The notes: generated by a model from the letters alone, not told the origin. A stretch of 64,000 nucleotides of DNA from Microbacteriaceae bacterium (GCA_024639935.1 JAHEFZ010000009.1:3894-67893); one strand, 5' to 3'. Shown: positions 9,341-19,241, counted from the stretch's first letter. Made by a program: numbers and translations.

Positions 9341-10660
9341 ATGAACGATTCGCTCCGCACCCCAACCACAAATGCCGCCGTCCGAACGGCCGACATTGGC
9401 AAGGTCTTTCATTCGTGGTCGGCCCAGTCGACTCTCGCGCCGTTCGTTATCGCCGGGGGTAAGGGCTGTGAGGTCTGGGATTACGAGGGCAACACGTACC
9501 TCGACTTCTCGAGCATGCTCGTCAACGTCAACATCGGGCACCAGCACCCCAAGGTTGTCGAGGCGATCAAGGCGCAAGCCGACATCCTCACCACTGTCGC
9601 TCCCGCTCATGCGAACAACATGCGCGCGCTTGCAGCCCAAAAGATTCTCGACCACGCGCCCGACACGTTCGCGCAGGTGTTCTTCACTAACGGTGGCGCA
9701 GACGCGAATGAAAACGCCATCCGCATGGCTCGCATTCACACGGGTCGCGACAAGGTCATCTCGTTCTACCGCTCGTATCACGGCAACACCGGTGCGGCCG
9801 TGGTCGCAACCGGCGACTGGCGCCGCATCCCCAACGAATATGCTCGCGGACACCTTCATGTCTTTGGCCCGCACCTTTACCGAACCGAATACTGGTCGAC
9901 CAGTCCGGAAATGGAAACAGAGCGCGCCCTGCACCACCTCGAGCGCGTCATCCAGGCACAAGGTTCCGAATCGATCGCGGCGTTCCTTATTGAGACGGTT
10001 CCCGGAACCGCGGGAATCCTGACCCCACCGCCCGGTTTCCTCAAGGGTGTTCGCGCTCTCGCAGACAAGTACGGCATCATCCTGATCCTCGACGAGGTCA
10101 TGGCCGGTTTCGGTCGAACCGGCGAGTGGTTCGCGTTCGATGCTTTCGATGTCGTGCCCGACCTCATCACGTTCGCCAAGGGCGTCAACTCGGGTTATGT
10201 TCCGGTCGGTGGCGTCATCATCTCGGGCGACATCGCAAAGACCTTTGATGACCGCGTCTTCCCCGGTGGACTGACCTATTCCGGCCACCCGCTCGCCGCC
10301 GCCAGCATCGTCGCCGCGATCACCGCGATGGAAAACGAAGGCGTCATCGAAAACGCTCGCTCCATCGGAGCCAACGTTCTAGGCCCTGGACTTCGCGAAT
10401 TGCAGGCGAAACACGACGTCATCGGCGACGTCCGCGGGTCCGGAGTCTTCTGGGCACTCGAGTTCGTCACCGACCGCGAGGCGCGCACCCCCGTTGATGC
10501 CGCCTGGATGGGGAAACTTCGGACAGCACTATTCGCCGCCAAACTCGTTCCGTTCATGGCCGACAACCGTCTGCACGTCGTACCGCCGTGTGTTGTCACC
10601 GAGGACGAGGCTCGTCGCGGACTGGCAATCATCGACCAGGTGTTGGCTGAGCTGAAATAG
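9341..10660 (+). CDS. class-III (omega) pyridoxal-phosphate aminotransferase
   Basis: 439 aa. FTNGGADANENAIRMAR, LDEVMAGFGRTGEWFA and the PLP-lysine context ITFAKG are typical of the aspartate-aminotransferase-family class III enzymes. Confidence 0.9.
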   Translation: MNDSLRTPTTNAAVRTADIGKVFHSWSAQSTLAPFVIAGGKGCEVWDYEGNTYLDFSSMLVNVNIGHQHPKVVEAIKAQADILTTVAPAHANNMRALAAQKILDHAPDTFAQVFFTNGGADANENAIRMARIHTGRDKVISFYRSYHGNTGAAVVATGDWRRIPNEYARGHLHVFGPHLYRTEYWSTSPEMETERALHHLERVIQAQGSESIAAFLIETVPGTAGILTPPPGFLKGVRALADKYGIILILDEVMAGFGRTGEWFAFDAFDVVPDLITFAKGVNSGYVPVGGVIISGDIAKTFDDRVFPGGLTYSGHPLAAASIVAAITAMENEGVIENARSIGANVLGPGLRELQAKHDVIGDVRGSGVFWALEFVTDREARTPVDAAWMGKLRTALFAAKLVPFMADNRLHVVPPCVVTEDEARRGLAIIDQVLAELK

Positions 10661-10682
10661 CCTCCGCCCGTCAAACGGCACA

Positions 10683-11417
10683 ATGGCACCTATGGACTCC
10701 TCCGAATTCAGCACGTTCCTCGCGTCACGTCGCAGCACCCGCGACTTCTTGCCGAAGCCGGTTCCGCAGAAAGCTATCGACGCGATTCTGACCGACGCGA
10801 TGACGGCCCCGAGCTGGTCGAACACCCGCCCTTACATGGTCGCGGTGGCGACGGGCGAAGTGCGCGATCGGATTTCTACCGAATTGCAGCGCCGGTGGGC
10901 GATTGCCGGCCACGCGATGCGTGGCTCGTGGTGGGACAAGGTGCTGTTCTTCCTCAAGCGCGACGGTCTGCCAACAAGCGACTATCAGGTGTGGCGACCG
11001 TACCCGAAAGACGTGCAGCCGCGCAGCCACAAGATCGGCCGTGACCTCTACGCGCACATCGGCGTCGCTCGCGGAGACAAGGTCGGTCGCGACGAACAAT
11101 GGGCACGAAACTTCGACATGTTCGGTGCCCCCGTTGCAATCTTCGTGTTCACACACAAGGGATTGCCGACCTACGCGGTATCCGACGCCGGGCTGTTCAT
11201 GCAAAACCTGATTTTGTCCGCCCACGCCCGCGGGCTCGGAACCTGCGCCCAGGGCGCTCTCGCCCTGTGGTCTGACCCAGTGAAAGCGGAATTCGACGTG
11301 CCGAAGCAATACAAGTTGCTGTGCGGCATCGCGCTGGGTTATCCCTCGAAAGACAAGGTCAACGGATTCCGTGCCGAGCGTCTGCCGATTGGTGACATCA
11401 CCCTCAACCCGCGTTAG
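10683..11417 (+). CDS. nitroreductase family protein
   Basis: 244 aa with N-terminal RRSTRDFLPKPVP...I..IL..A..APSWSNTRPY and C-terminal LGTCAQGAL, both typical of the NAD(P)H nitroreductase fold. Confidence 0.85.
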   Translation: MAPMDSSEFSTFLASRRSTRDFLPKPVPQKAIDAILTDAMTAPSWSNTRPYMVAVATGEVRDRISTELQRRWAIAGHAMRGSWWDKVLFFLKRDGLPTSDYQVWRPYPKDVQPRSHKIGRDLYAHIGVARGDKVGRDEQWARNFDMFGAPVAIFVFTHKGLPTYAVSDAGLFMQNLILSAHARGLGTCAQGALALWSDPVKAEFDVPKQYKLLCGIALGYPSKDKVNGFRAERLPIGDITLNPR

Positions 11418-12496
11418 CGGTCGCCATACAGCGCGGTGGCAAACGCGCGGTTGACGAAGAGCCGATCCCGACCCACCTTGTGCGATTCCAGCACACCAAT
11501 CGCCGCGAGCCGATCGAGCCACTTAGTTGCGGTTGGGCGGCTTACCTGGCATCGCGTGACGACATCGCGAATGCGCGAATACGGTTGCGTGAACAGCACC
11601 TCGATCAGGGCGGAATTAGTGGCCCCAAATTCGTCGCGAATTCGATCGCGAACGTCGAGATGAGCATGAAGAATGCGGTTGACCGTCGCCGTTGCCGACA
11701 CCGCCGTGGTCTCGACTCCACGGACAAAGTAAAGAATCCAGTCGTGCCATTCTCCCCGAGCGGTGACGCCCATCAGACGCTCGTAATACTCCGCCTTTGT
11801 GGCGATGAAGTATCGCGACAGATACAGCACGGGCATCTTAAGCAACCCCCACTCGGCGAGCAACAACAGGTTGAGGATGCGGCCCGTTCGACCATTTCCA
11901 TCGGGGAACGGGTGAATCGCCTCAAATTGATAGTGCGCAACGGCAAGGCGAACGAGTGGGTCGACCTCGTCGCGCCGGTGGATGTATTCCTCCCAGTTCG
12001 ACATGAGCCGAAGCACATTGTCACGACCGGTCGGAGGCGTGTAGGTCACGGTTTTTGTCAGCGGGTTTCCGATAAACGTCCCAGCATCAGTGCGAATCGC
12101 GGTGTCGTAGCCGAGGATTGCCGAGCAGATACTCGTTGCTGTGCTCGTCGAAAGCGGCCGCTGACCAATCGAGTCGAACCCAACTCGTAGCGCCGTGCGA
12201 TACCGCAGGGCTTCGCGCGTTGCGGGGTCTGCACCCGCAAGCCCCTGTATATCCGCCTGGAACATCTCGTCGTTCGTCGTGACGATGTTCTCAATCTCGG
12301 AACTGGCTTGTGCCTCGACAACGGGAATCGCGTTGATTAGAACCGCAGGGTTCGGGATGTATCGGCTTCGAGTGTCGAGTTCCATCAGTGCGACCCGCGC
12401 GGCGGTCGTCGCCCGCAACACCTCGATCGTCTCGACGACGAGGTTGGGTGGGATCAAGGGCAGGTCGTTGTGTGCGACCTCTGCGCGGAAAGACAT
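11414..12496 (-). CDS. Fic family protein (AMPylase-type, class II with N-terminal inhibitory motif)
   Basis: 360 aa. Fic active-site motif HPFPDGNGRTGR (HxFx[DE]GNGRxxR). Upstream SSEIEN matches the inhibitory [ST]xxxE[GN] helix. The C-terminal part looks winged-helix-like. Its stop overlaps the nitroreductase stop by 4 nt (convergent). Confidence 0.9.
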   Translation of the reverse strand: MSFRAEVAHNDLPLIPPNLVVETIEVLRATTAARVALMELDTRSRYIPNPAVLINAIPVVEAQASSEIENIVTTNDEMFQADIQGLAGADPATREALRYRTALRVGFDSIGQRPLSTSTATSICSAILGYDTAIRTDAGTFIGNPLTKTVTYTPPTGRDNVLRLMSNWEEYIHRRDEVDPLVRLAVAHYQFEAIHPFPDGNGRTGRILNLLLLAEWGLLKMPVLYLSRYFIATKAEYYERLMGVTARGEWHDWILYFVRGVETTAVSATATVNRILHAHLDVRDRIRDEFGATNSALIEVLFTQPYSRIRDVVTRCQVSRPTATKWLDRLAAIGVLESHKVGRDRLFVNRAFATALYGDR

Positions 12497-12528
12497 GTCA
12501 ACAGTCTATTGACACGTTCGGTAAACCT

Positions 12529-12553
12529 GTAAAAAATTGGACTGATTTTTTAC
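12529..12553. repeat. perfect 9-bp A/T-only inverted repeat (gtaaaaaat-N7-attttttac)
   Basis: Read directly. It lies 5 nt downstream of the EamA stop and upstream of the Fic start. It could be a weak terminator or an operator. Confidence 0.5.
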
Positions 12554-12557
12554 ATGT

Positions 12558-13433
12558 CTACGATTTGAGGCGTGTGCGCACCGCGAGAGCAGCACACGCG
12601 ATTACGACGGCACCACCGACGGCGATATCGAGGCTGATGACTTCGCCGAGCAACAATGCCGCCCACACGATCGACAAGACTGGCTGAATCAGTTGCACCT
12701 GGCTCACCGTGGTGATGGGGCCGATGGCGAGGCCGCGATACCACCCGAAAAACGACAAGTACATCGACACCGCGCCAAGGTACACGAATGCCGTCCACTG
12801 CCCCGGCGTCGCGGTGATGGGCTGGGTAGCGACCGAGACGGCAGTCATGATGATCATCACGGGCGACCAGATAACGAGCGTCCACGAAATCGTTTGCCAC
12901 GACCCGAGTTCACGCGAGACCACGGCACCTTCGCTGTAACCGATGGCCGAGGTGACGACCGCCCCGACCAACAGCAGGTCAGCCCAATCAAAGTGACCGA
13001 ATTCGCCGGCAGCGACGCTCGCGAACGAAATCGCTGCGACCGCTCCGAGTATCGCGAATACCCAGAATCGTCCGGGCACTCGCTCGTTGGTTCGAATTAC
13101 CGCGACCACTGCGGTTGCGGCGGGTAACAAACCGATGACAACCGCCGCATGTGAGGCGGGAACCGTCTCGAGCGCAAATGATGTGAAATACGGAAAGCCC
13201 ACGACAACACCAGCACCAACCACAACCAGGTGACGGAACTGCCGGGCGTTCGGCAGTTTCTGGCGGGTTGCGATCAAGACGGTGGTGGCAAGTATCGCCG
13301 CGAGAACCGCTCGACCCGAGCCGATAAACAGAGGGCTCATTCCTTCGACTGCGACGCGAGTTAGCGGAACGGTGAACGAGAACGCGAGAACTCCGAGGAA
13401 CCCCCAGCCGAGTCCCGAGCGTCGATTGGTCAA
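12558..13433 (-). CDS. EamA/DMT family transporter
   Basis: 291 aa, about 10 hydrophobic segments, with the two-repeat EamA-like organisation. Confidence 0.85.
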   Translation of the reverse strand: MTNRRSGLGWGFLGVLAFSFTVPLTRVAVEGMSPLFIGSGRAVLAAILATTVLIATRQKLPNARQFRHLVVVGAGVVVGFPYFTSFALETVPASHAAVVIGLLPAATAVVAVIRTNERVPGRFWVFAILGAVAAISFASVAAGEFGHFDWADLLLVGAVVTSAIGYSEGAVVSRELGSWQTISWTLVIWSPVMIIMTAVSVATQPITATPGQWTAFVYLGAVSMYLSFFGWYRGLAIGPITTVSQVQLIQPVLSIVWAALLLGEVISLDIAVGGAVVIACAALAVRTRLKS

Positions 13434-13436
13434 GGG

Positions 13437-14414
13437 TTATGCGGCCCCGTCGAACATTCCGGTGACCGAGCCCTCGCCGAAGACCTCGCGAATTGCGGTC
13501 GCGATGGTCGGCGCGATTGACAAGATTTCGAGGCGATCCCAGCGCTTCTCTTCCGGAATCGGCAGGGAGTCGGTGACGACGACCTTGTCGATGAAGTCCG
13601 ACTGCAAGATTTCAGTCGCGGGGTCCGAGAACACCGCGTGCGTTGCGGCCACGACAACTCCCTTGGCGCCGGCGTTCTTTAGCGCTTCGGCGGCCTTGAC
13701 GATGGTACGACCCGTGTCGATGAGGTCATCGACAATCAAACAGACGCGACCCTCAACCTCACCGACGATTTCGTGCACAGAAACCTGATTCGCGACCTTG
13801 GGGTCACGACGCTTGTGGATGAGAGCGAGGGGTGCGCCGAGCTTGTCGCTCCAGATGTCGGCAACACGAACACGGCCCATGTCGGGGCTCACCACAGTCA
13901 GAGTGGACGAATCCATTTGCGCGCGACAGTGTTCCAACAAAAGTGGCATCGCGAACAGGTGGTCAAACGGTCCGTCGAAGAATCCCTGAATCTGCGGAGC
14001 ATGAATGTCAACTGACATGATGCGATCGGCTCCGGCGGTCTTGAAGAGGTCAGCGATGAGGCGGGCAGAAATCGGCTCGCGGCCTCGGCTCTTCTTGTCT
14101 TGGCGGGCATAAGGGTAGAACGGCGCAACGACGGTGATGCGCTTTGCGCTCGCGCGCTTGAGCGCGTCGACCATGATGAGCTGTTCCATCAGCCATTCGT
14201 TGATGGGGTTGCAGTGCGACTGAATAACGAACGCGTCGGTGCCGCGCACGCTCTCGTCGAATCGCGCATAGATCTCGCCATTGGCAAAAGTGCGGGCATC
14301 CGTGGGCAACAAGGAAATTCCGAGTTGATCGGCGATGTCCTGTGAGAGTTGGGGGTGGGCCCGGCCCGAAATGAGAATGAGCTTCTTTTTGCCCGCCAAC
14401 TCCATGTTGTTCAT
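13437..14414 (-). CDS. prs: ribose-phosphate pyrophosphokinase
   Basis: KKKLILISGRAHPQLSQDIADQLG start. Has the PRPP-binding loop LIVDDLIDTGRT and DIHAPQIQGFF. Start trimmed to the ATG at 14414, just after the glmU stop (the track ORF extends to 14516). Confidence 0.93.
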   Translation of the reverse strand: MNNMELAGKKKLILISGRAHPQLSQDIADQLGISLLPTDARTFANGEIYARFDESVRGTDAFVIQSHCNPINEWLMEQLIMVDALKRASAKRITVVAPFYPYARQDKKSRGREPISARLIADLFKTAGADRIMSVDIHAPQIQGFFDGPFDHLFAMPLLLEHCRAQMDSSTLTVVSPDMGRVRVADIWSDKLGAPLALIHKRRDPKVANQVSVHEIVGEVEGRVCLIVDDLIDTGRTIVKAAEALKNAGAKGVVVAATHAVFSDPATEILQSDFIDKVVVTDSLPIPEEKRWDRLEILSIAPTIATAIREVFGEGSVTGMFDGAA

Positions 14415-14418
14415 CGGA

Positions 14419-15849
14419 CTACTCGCTTTCCTTTTTCGCGTGAATCGCGGCCTCGGCGGACGCAGTGCCTGATCGATTGTTTTCGACCCAACCTTCGACG
14501 TTGCGCTGTTGCACAACCGTCATTCCCAGCGACCCCGCTGGGACGTTTCGTCGAACGACGGTTCCGGCGGCCGTGTAGGCGCCGTCCGCAATCGTGACGG
14601 GAGCGACAAAGACATTGTGTGAGCCGGTGCGCACGTGCGATCCGATAACGGTCGGATGCTTGGCAACGCCGTCATAGTTCGCGGTGATTGTTCCGGCACC
14701 GATGTTCGAGTTTTCGCCGACCGTCGTGTCGCCAATGTATGACAAGTGCGGGACTTTACTGCCGCGACCGATCTGGGCGTTCTTGGTTTCAACGAACGCG
14801 CCGATCTTGCCGCCGTCGCCGAGGACGGTTCCGGGGCGCAGGTACGAAAACGGGCCGACCGTTGCGTTTGCTTCGATGACGGCGAGGGTCGCATCGGTTC
14901 GAGTGACGGTCGCGTTTTCGCCAATCTCGCAATCGCGCAGCGTCGTGTCGGGGCCGACCGTCGCGCAACACGCGATGCTCGTCGCACCCTTGAGAAACGT
15001 GCCGGGCAAGATGTGAGCGTCGGGCTCGATAGACACCCCGCGATCGATCCAGGTTGTTGACGGGTCATCAATGCTGACACCGTTCAGTTGGTGTCCGCGC
15101 ACAATCATCGCGTTGAGCCTCGCCTGCGCGTCAGAGAGCTGCGCACGGTCGTTCACCCCCGCGACGACCCACGATTCGTAAACGGGGTTCGCACCGACGG
15201 CGAGGCTGTCGGTCACGAGCAGTTCGATGACGTCCGTGAGATATTTTTCGCCCTGCGAATTCGCGGTGCCGACCTTGGCGAGCGACGCCTTGAGCGCGGA
15301 TGCCCGAAACACATACGTTCCGGAATTGATTTCAGAAATGCCGAGTTCATCCTCGGCGGCGTCTTTGTGTTCGACGATGCGACGGAATTCGCCGGCGTCG
15401 TCGCGCACGATTCGACCGTATCCCGACGGGTCGTCGACGAGCGCAGAGAGAACTGAAGCGGCACGTTCGCGCTGGCGATGCTCATCAATCAGGTCCGTCA
15501 ACGTCTCGGCGTCGAGCAACGGCACATCCCCCGAGACAACAACGATGTCCCCCTCGAAATCAGCGAGCGCAGCTATTGCGAGTTCGACCGCTCGACCCGT
15601 GCCGGGAACGTCGTCCTGGTCGACGATGACGACACCGTCGGACAATTCCGCAATCGCTTCGGCGACCGCGTCGCGCTCGTGGCGCACGACGGCGACAGTG
15701 TGTGCGGGGTGAAGAGCGGCGACCGCCGACAACACGTGGCCGATCATCGGAACACCCGCGATGGGGTGCAAAACCTTGGCCATGGCGGATTTCATCCGCG
15801 TTCCCTCACCGGCGGCGAGAATCACCACGGCAAGAGAAGCATCGGTCAT
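14419..15849 (-). CDS. glmU: bifunctional UDP-N-acetylglucosamine diphosphorylase / glucosamine-1-phosphate N-acetyltransferase
   Basis: 476 aa. N-terminal LAAGEGTRMKS nucleotidyltransferase motif and C-terminal left-handed beta-helix hexapeptide repeats. glmU-prs order is conserved. Confidence 0.95.
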   Translation of the reverse strand: MTDASLAVVILAAGEGTRMKSAMAKVLHPIAGVPMIGHVLSAVAALHPAHTVAVVRHERDAVAEAIAELSDGVVIVDQDDVPGTGRAVELAIAALADFEGDIVVVSGDVPLLDAETLTDLIDEHRQRERAASVLSALVDDPSGYGRIVRDDAGEFRRIVEHKDAAEDELGISEINSGTYVFRASALKASLAKVGTANSQGEKYLTDVIELLVTDSLAVGANPVYESWVVAGVNDRAQLSDAQARLNAMIVRGHQLNGVSIDDPSTTWIDRGVSIEPDAHILPGTFLKGATSIACCATVGPDTTLRDCEIGENATVTRTDATLAVIEANATVGPFSYLRPGTVLGDGGKIGAFVETKNAQIGRGSKVPHLSYIGDTTVGENSNIGAGTITANYDGVAKHPTVIGSHVRTGSHNVFVAPVTIADGAYTAAGTVVRRNVPAGSLGMTVVQQRNVEGWVENNRSGTASAEAAIHAKKESE

Positions 15850-15869
15850 GTGACCATTCTGGCACTAGG

Positions 15870-15899
15870 CACTCGGCGCGCCCGCCGAAGCGCCGAGTG
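15870..15899. repeat. perfect 10-bp GC-rich inverted repeat (cactcggcgc-N10-gcgccgagtg)
   Basis: Read directly. It lies 21 nt upstream of the glmU start codon and 41 nt upstream of tRNA-Gln. Function unknown. Confidence 0.5.
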
Positions 15900-15940
15900 T
15901 CGCCGAAATTCGGGCAGAATGGAAGAGCCCTTCGGGGCAA

Positions 15941-16012
15941 TGCCCCTTAGTGTAATGGCAGCACGGCATCCTTTGGAGATGTTCGGTCTTGGTTCGAATC
16001 CAGGAGGGGCAG
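15941..16012 (+). tRNA. tRNA-Gln (anticodon TTG)
   Basis: Hand-folded cloverleaf: acceptor TGCCCCT/AGGGGCA with the U1:A72 pair and G73 typical of tRNA-Gln, D stem GTGT/GCAC, anticodon loop CTTTGGA, T arm CTTGG-TTCGAAT-CCAGG. No encoded CCA. Confidence 0.85.
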
Positions 16013-16015
16013 CCG

Positions 16016-17794
16016 CTATTCGCCGAGTTTGTCGGCGACAACCAGCCACCGCGACTCGAGTGCATCGAGGTTCGTCGTCGCTAATCCGAGTTCACTACTG
16101 ATTCGGGCAAGACCCTCGTAGTCGCTCTGGTCGTGGTTCGCCATCTGAATATGAATTGTCTCTATTGACGCCTTGAGGTTCTGAATCTGTCGATCGAGCG
16201 ATTTGAATTCCTTGTCGAGAGCATGTCTTTCGGCTCCGCTCAGCTCCGTGGACTGGGATGCAGGCTTGGCAGGCGCCGCTGAAATCGGGGTGACGGGTCG
16301 AGAATCCAGACGCAGGTATTCGTCGACACCACCGGGAAGGTGGCGGAGGTGCTTTCCGATGACCGCGTACTGCTGGTCGGTCACGCGCTCGAGCAGGTAG
16401 CGATCGTGCGAAACGACGATCAGCGTTCCCGGCCACGAATCGAGGACGTCCTCGAGTGCCGCGAGCATATCGGTGTCGAGGTCGTTAGTTGGCTCGTCGA
16501 GAAGCAACACGTTCGGTTCGTCGAGAAGGATCAGCAAAATCTGAAGGCGACGCTTCTGCCCACCGGACAAGTCTTTGACGGGTGTTTGGATGTGCGCACT
16601 GGAAAATCCGAGGCGTTCGAGCAATTGACCGGGTGTCAATTCGATTCCGCCCGCATTGTAGGTCGTCTTGAATCCCGCAATCACGGCACTCACCCGATCA
16701 TTCAGATACTGCTCCAAACCCTCGAGGCGTTGGTCGAGTCGTCGAAGTTTGACCGTTTTTCCGGTCTTGACACGGCCACTCGTCGGGTGCAAGGTCTCGT
16801 CTATGAGCCCGAGCAGCGTCGATTTCCCCGCGCCGTTTCGACCCAAAATTCCCGTGCGTTCGCCAGGCGCGATTCGCCATTCGACATCCTCGAGAATGAC
16901 GTTGTCACCGAACGCAAAGCCGGCATCAAGCAAATCGACGACGTCCTTCCCCAAGCGTTGTGTCGCGAGTTTCGACAGCTCGATTCGATCGCGAGGCGGC
17001 GGGACATCAGCAATCAGCGCGGCCGCGGCATCGATACGGAACTTCGGCTTGGTCGTGCGAGCGGGGGCCCCGCGGCGCAACCACGCGAGTTCTTTTCGAA
17101 GGAGGTTCTGGCGCCGTTCCTCGCTCGCCGCCGATTGGCGCTGTCGCTCGACGCGCTGCAAAATGTAGGCCGCGTAGCCGCCCTCGAACCTGTCGACGAT
17201 GCCGTCGTGGACCTCCCAGGTGTCGGTCGAAATCGCGTCGAGGAACCACCGGTCGTGGGTGACGACAACGAGCGCACCGGTTCCGGTCGGCCAGCGGCGA
17301 ATCAGGTGCGCGGCCAGCCAATTGACCCCCGAGACATCGAGGTGGTTGGTTGGTTCGTCAAGAAGCAGCACGTCCCAGTCGCCAACGAGAAGGCGGGCGA
17401 GAGCGACCCGTCGGCGCTGGCCCCCCGACAAATCGCCGATTTGGGCGTTGACCTCGACGTCGCCGAGCAAACCGGCGAGCACATCGCGAATCAGCGGTGA
17501 CGATGCCCACTCGTGCGCGGGGCCTTCCCCGACCACCACGTTTCCGACCGTCTCGTCGTCACGGAAGTGATCGTCCTGCGTCAACATTCCAATCTGCGTC
17601 CCGCCCCGCACCGTTACTCGACCGGAATCCGGAACGAGTGATCCACCGATGATGGACATGAGCGTCGACTTGCCGTCGCCATTGCGACCGACGACACCGA
17701 TGCGGTCTCCCGCGTGAATTCCAATCGTGAGGTTGTCCAACACGACCCGGTTGGGGTACTCGTGAGAGATGCCTTCTAATCCGACCAGGTTCAC
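16016..17794 (-). CDS. ABC-F family ATPase (two tandem nucleotide-binding domains, no membrane domain)
   Basis: 592 aa. Two Walker A sites (GRNGDGKST, GRNGAGKST), two signature motifs (LSGGQRRR, LSGGQKRR), two Walker B sites (LLLDEPTN), and a C-terminal coiled-coil tail. Confidence 0.9.
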   Translation of the reverse strand: MNLVGLEGISHEYPNRVVLDNLTIGIHAGDRIGVVGRNGDGKSTLMSIIGGSLVPDSGRVTVRGGTQIGMLTQDDHFRDDETVGNVVVGEGPAHEWASSPLIRDVLAGLLGDVEVNAQIGDLSGGQRRRVALARLLVGDWDVLLLDEPTNHLDVSGVNWLAAHLIRRWPTGTGALVVVTHDRWFLDAISTDTWEVHDGIVDRFEGGYAAYILQRVERQRQSAASEERRQNLLRKELAWLRRGAPARTTKPKFRIDAAAALIADVPPPRDRIELSKLATQRLGKDVVDLLDAGFAFGDNVILEDVEWRIAPGERTGILGRNGAGKSTLLGLIDETLHPTSGRVKTGKTVKLRRLDQRLEGLEQYLNDRVSAVIAGFKTTYNAGGIELTPGQLLERLGFSSAHIQTPVKDLSGGQKRRLQILLILLDEPNVLLLDEPTNDLDTDMLAALEDVLDSWPGTLIVVSHDRYLLERVTDQQYAVIGKHLRHLPGGVDEYLRLDSRPVTPISAAPAKPASQSTELSGAERHALDKEFKSLDRQIQNLKASIETIHIQMANHDQSDYEGLARISSELGLATTNLDALESRWLVVADKLGE

Positions 17795-17819
17795 CTCGTC
17801 AGTTTAGACAGGTAATTCG

Positions 17820-18344
17820 TTGGAGAATGGAGAGGTGACTCGTCGCTCTCTCACCATCCTGACCTTTTCGCTGGCAGCATTCTGGATCGCTCTCGATCAA
17901 CTCACGAAACTGTGGGCCGAAACCGCGCTAGCGGGCCAACCCCGCACCCCGATCCTTGGCGGCTGGTTCGGATTCGTGCTCGTGTATAACCCCGGTGCCG
18001 CCTTCGGTTTGGGCACGGGATACGTTTGGGTCTTGACAGTTATCGCGGGCGTCACCGCCGTCGTGCTCGTCGTCGTCGCGGTTCGCACGCAAAACCTGTG
18101 GTGGGCATTGGCCGTTGGCTCGATGCTCGGCGGAGCGATCTCGCACTTCTTCGACCGGCTCGTGCGCGGCGACACAATCGGCTCCGGGAAAATCGTCGAC
18201 TTTATCGACTACGGCGGATTCTTTGTCGGCAACGTTGCCGACATAGCGCTGGTCGGTGCGGCAATCGGTTGCGTGCTTCTGAGCTTCTTCGGCGTTCCGT
18301 TCACATCACCCGAGCGCCCTGCACCGGCGCCGACACACACATAG
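17820..18344 (+). CDS. lspA: lipoprotein signal peptidase (signal peptidase II)
   Basis: 174 aa with four hydrophobic segments. Conserved NPGAAFG and VDFID...FNVADIAL-like block (here VDFIDYGGFFVGNVADIAL). The start could be a few codons later. Confidence 0.85.
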   Translation: MENGEVTRRSLTILTFSLAAFWIALDQLTKLWAETALAGQPRTPILGGWFGFVLVYNPGAAFGLGTGYVWVLTVIAGVTAVVLVVVAVRTQNLWWALAVGSMLGGAISHFFDRLVRGDTIGSGKIVDFIDYGGFFVGNVADIALVGAAIGCVLLSFFGVPFTSPERPAPAPTHT

Positions 18345-19218
18345 CCTTTCTGCCGTTCGCCACCAATGTCGCCGCGAGGTGGGTGGCGGAATTCTCATCG
18401 GCAGCAAGAAGTGCAATCGTCGGACCGCTGCCCGACACGATCCCCGCTAATGCTCCGTGAGTCTCGCCGAACTCAATCGTTTCACCCAGACTCGGCATGA
18501 GTTGAAGTGTCGCCGCCTGCAAATCGTTCCGCAAATGTTCAGCGAGCGCCGCGGCATCACCCGTCCGGAGGGCAAGCAACAACTCCGCGTCAACCGCGGG
18601 GTCGACCGCGACGGTTTCGATCTCGATCGAATGTTCCTCGCGATGTCGGTCAAGTTGGTGGAACACGTCGGGCGTAGACAACCCCTCCTCGTTCACCACC
18701 AGAACCCAGTGCAGTGCAGATTTGGCCATAACCGGCGAAAGAACGTCCCCTCGACCAAGTCCCAGGGCGGTTCCGCCGTGAAGAGCGAAAGGAACGTCGG
18801 CGCCGAGCGTCGCCGCGATTTCACTCAGTCGAGCCGCACCGAGGTTTGTTCCCCACAGCGCATCGACTGCGACCAAAGTTGCTGCGGCATCGGCTGATCC
18901 GCCGCCCATTCCCCCCGCGATTGGGACGCTTTTGACGACGTCGAGGCGCGCTCCGCCGGCAAAGCCTGAGGCAGCGGCAACGGCTCGAGCCGCACGAATA
19001 ACGAGGTTCGACTCATCCACCTTCAGGTGACTCGTGTCAATTGGGCCGGAGAAGCGCACCGAGAAATCGTCGGATTCCGTCACGGTGACTTCTTCAAAAA
19101 GGGACACGGCTTGATAAATCGTGGCGACGGTGTGGTATCCGTCCTCGCCGAGCGGTCCAACGCGAAGGTAGACGTTAATCTTGCCCGGCGCCACTGCGGT
19201 GACCGATTTCACGCTCAT
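18301..19218 (-). CDS. ispE: 4-diphosphocytidyl-2-C-methyl-D-erythritol kinase
   Basis: APGKINVYLRVG start block and the GHMP-kinase motif PIAGGMGGGSADAAA. Start trimmed to the ATG at 19218 (MSVKSVTAVAPGK). The track ORF runs to 19635 through repeat DNA (LSHTLSRTLSH...). Confidence 0.9.
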   Translation of the reverse strand: MSVKSVTAVAPGKINVYLRVGPLGEDGYHTVATIYQAVSLFEEVTVTESDDFSVRFSGPIDTSHLKVDESNLVIRAARAVAAASGFAGGARLDVVKSVPIAGGMGGGSADAAATLVAVDALWGTNLGAARLSEIAATLGADVPFALHGGTALGLGRGDVLSPVMAKSALHWVLVVNEEGLSTPDVFHQLDRHREEHSIEIETVAVDPAVDAELLLALRTGDAAALAEHLRNDLQAATLQLMPSLGETIEFGETHGALAGIVSGSGPTIALLAADENSATHLAATLVANGRKAMCVSAPVQGARVM

Positions 19219-19241
19219 ATCCTCGAGCCTAAACCCGCTCC

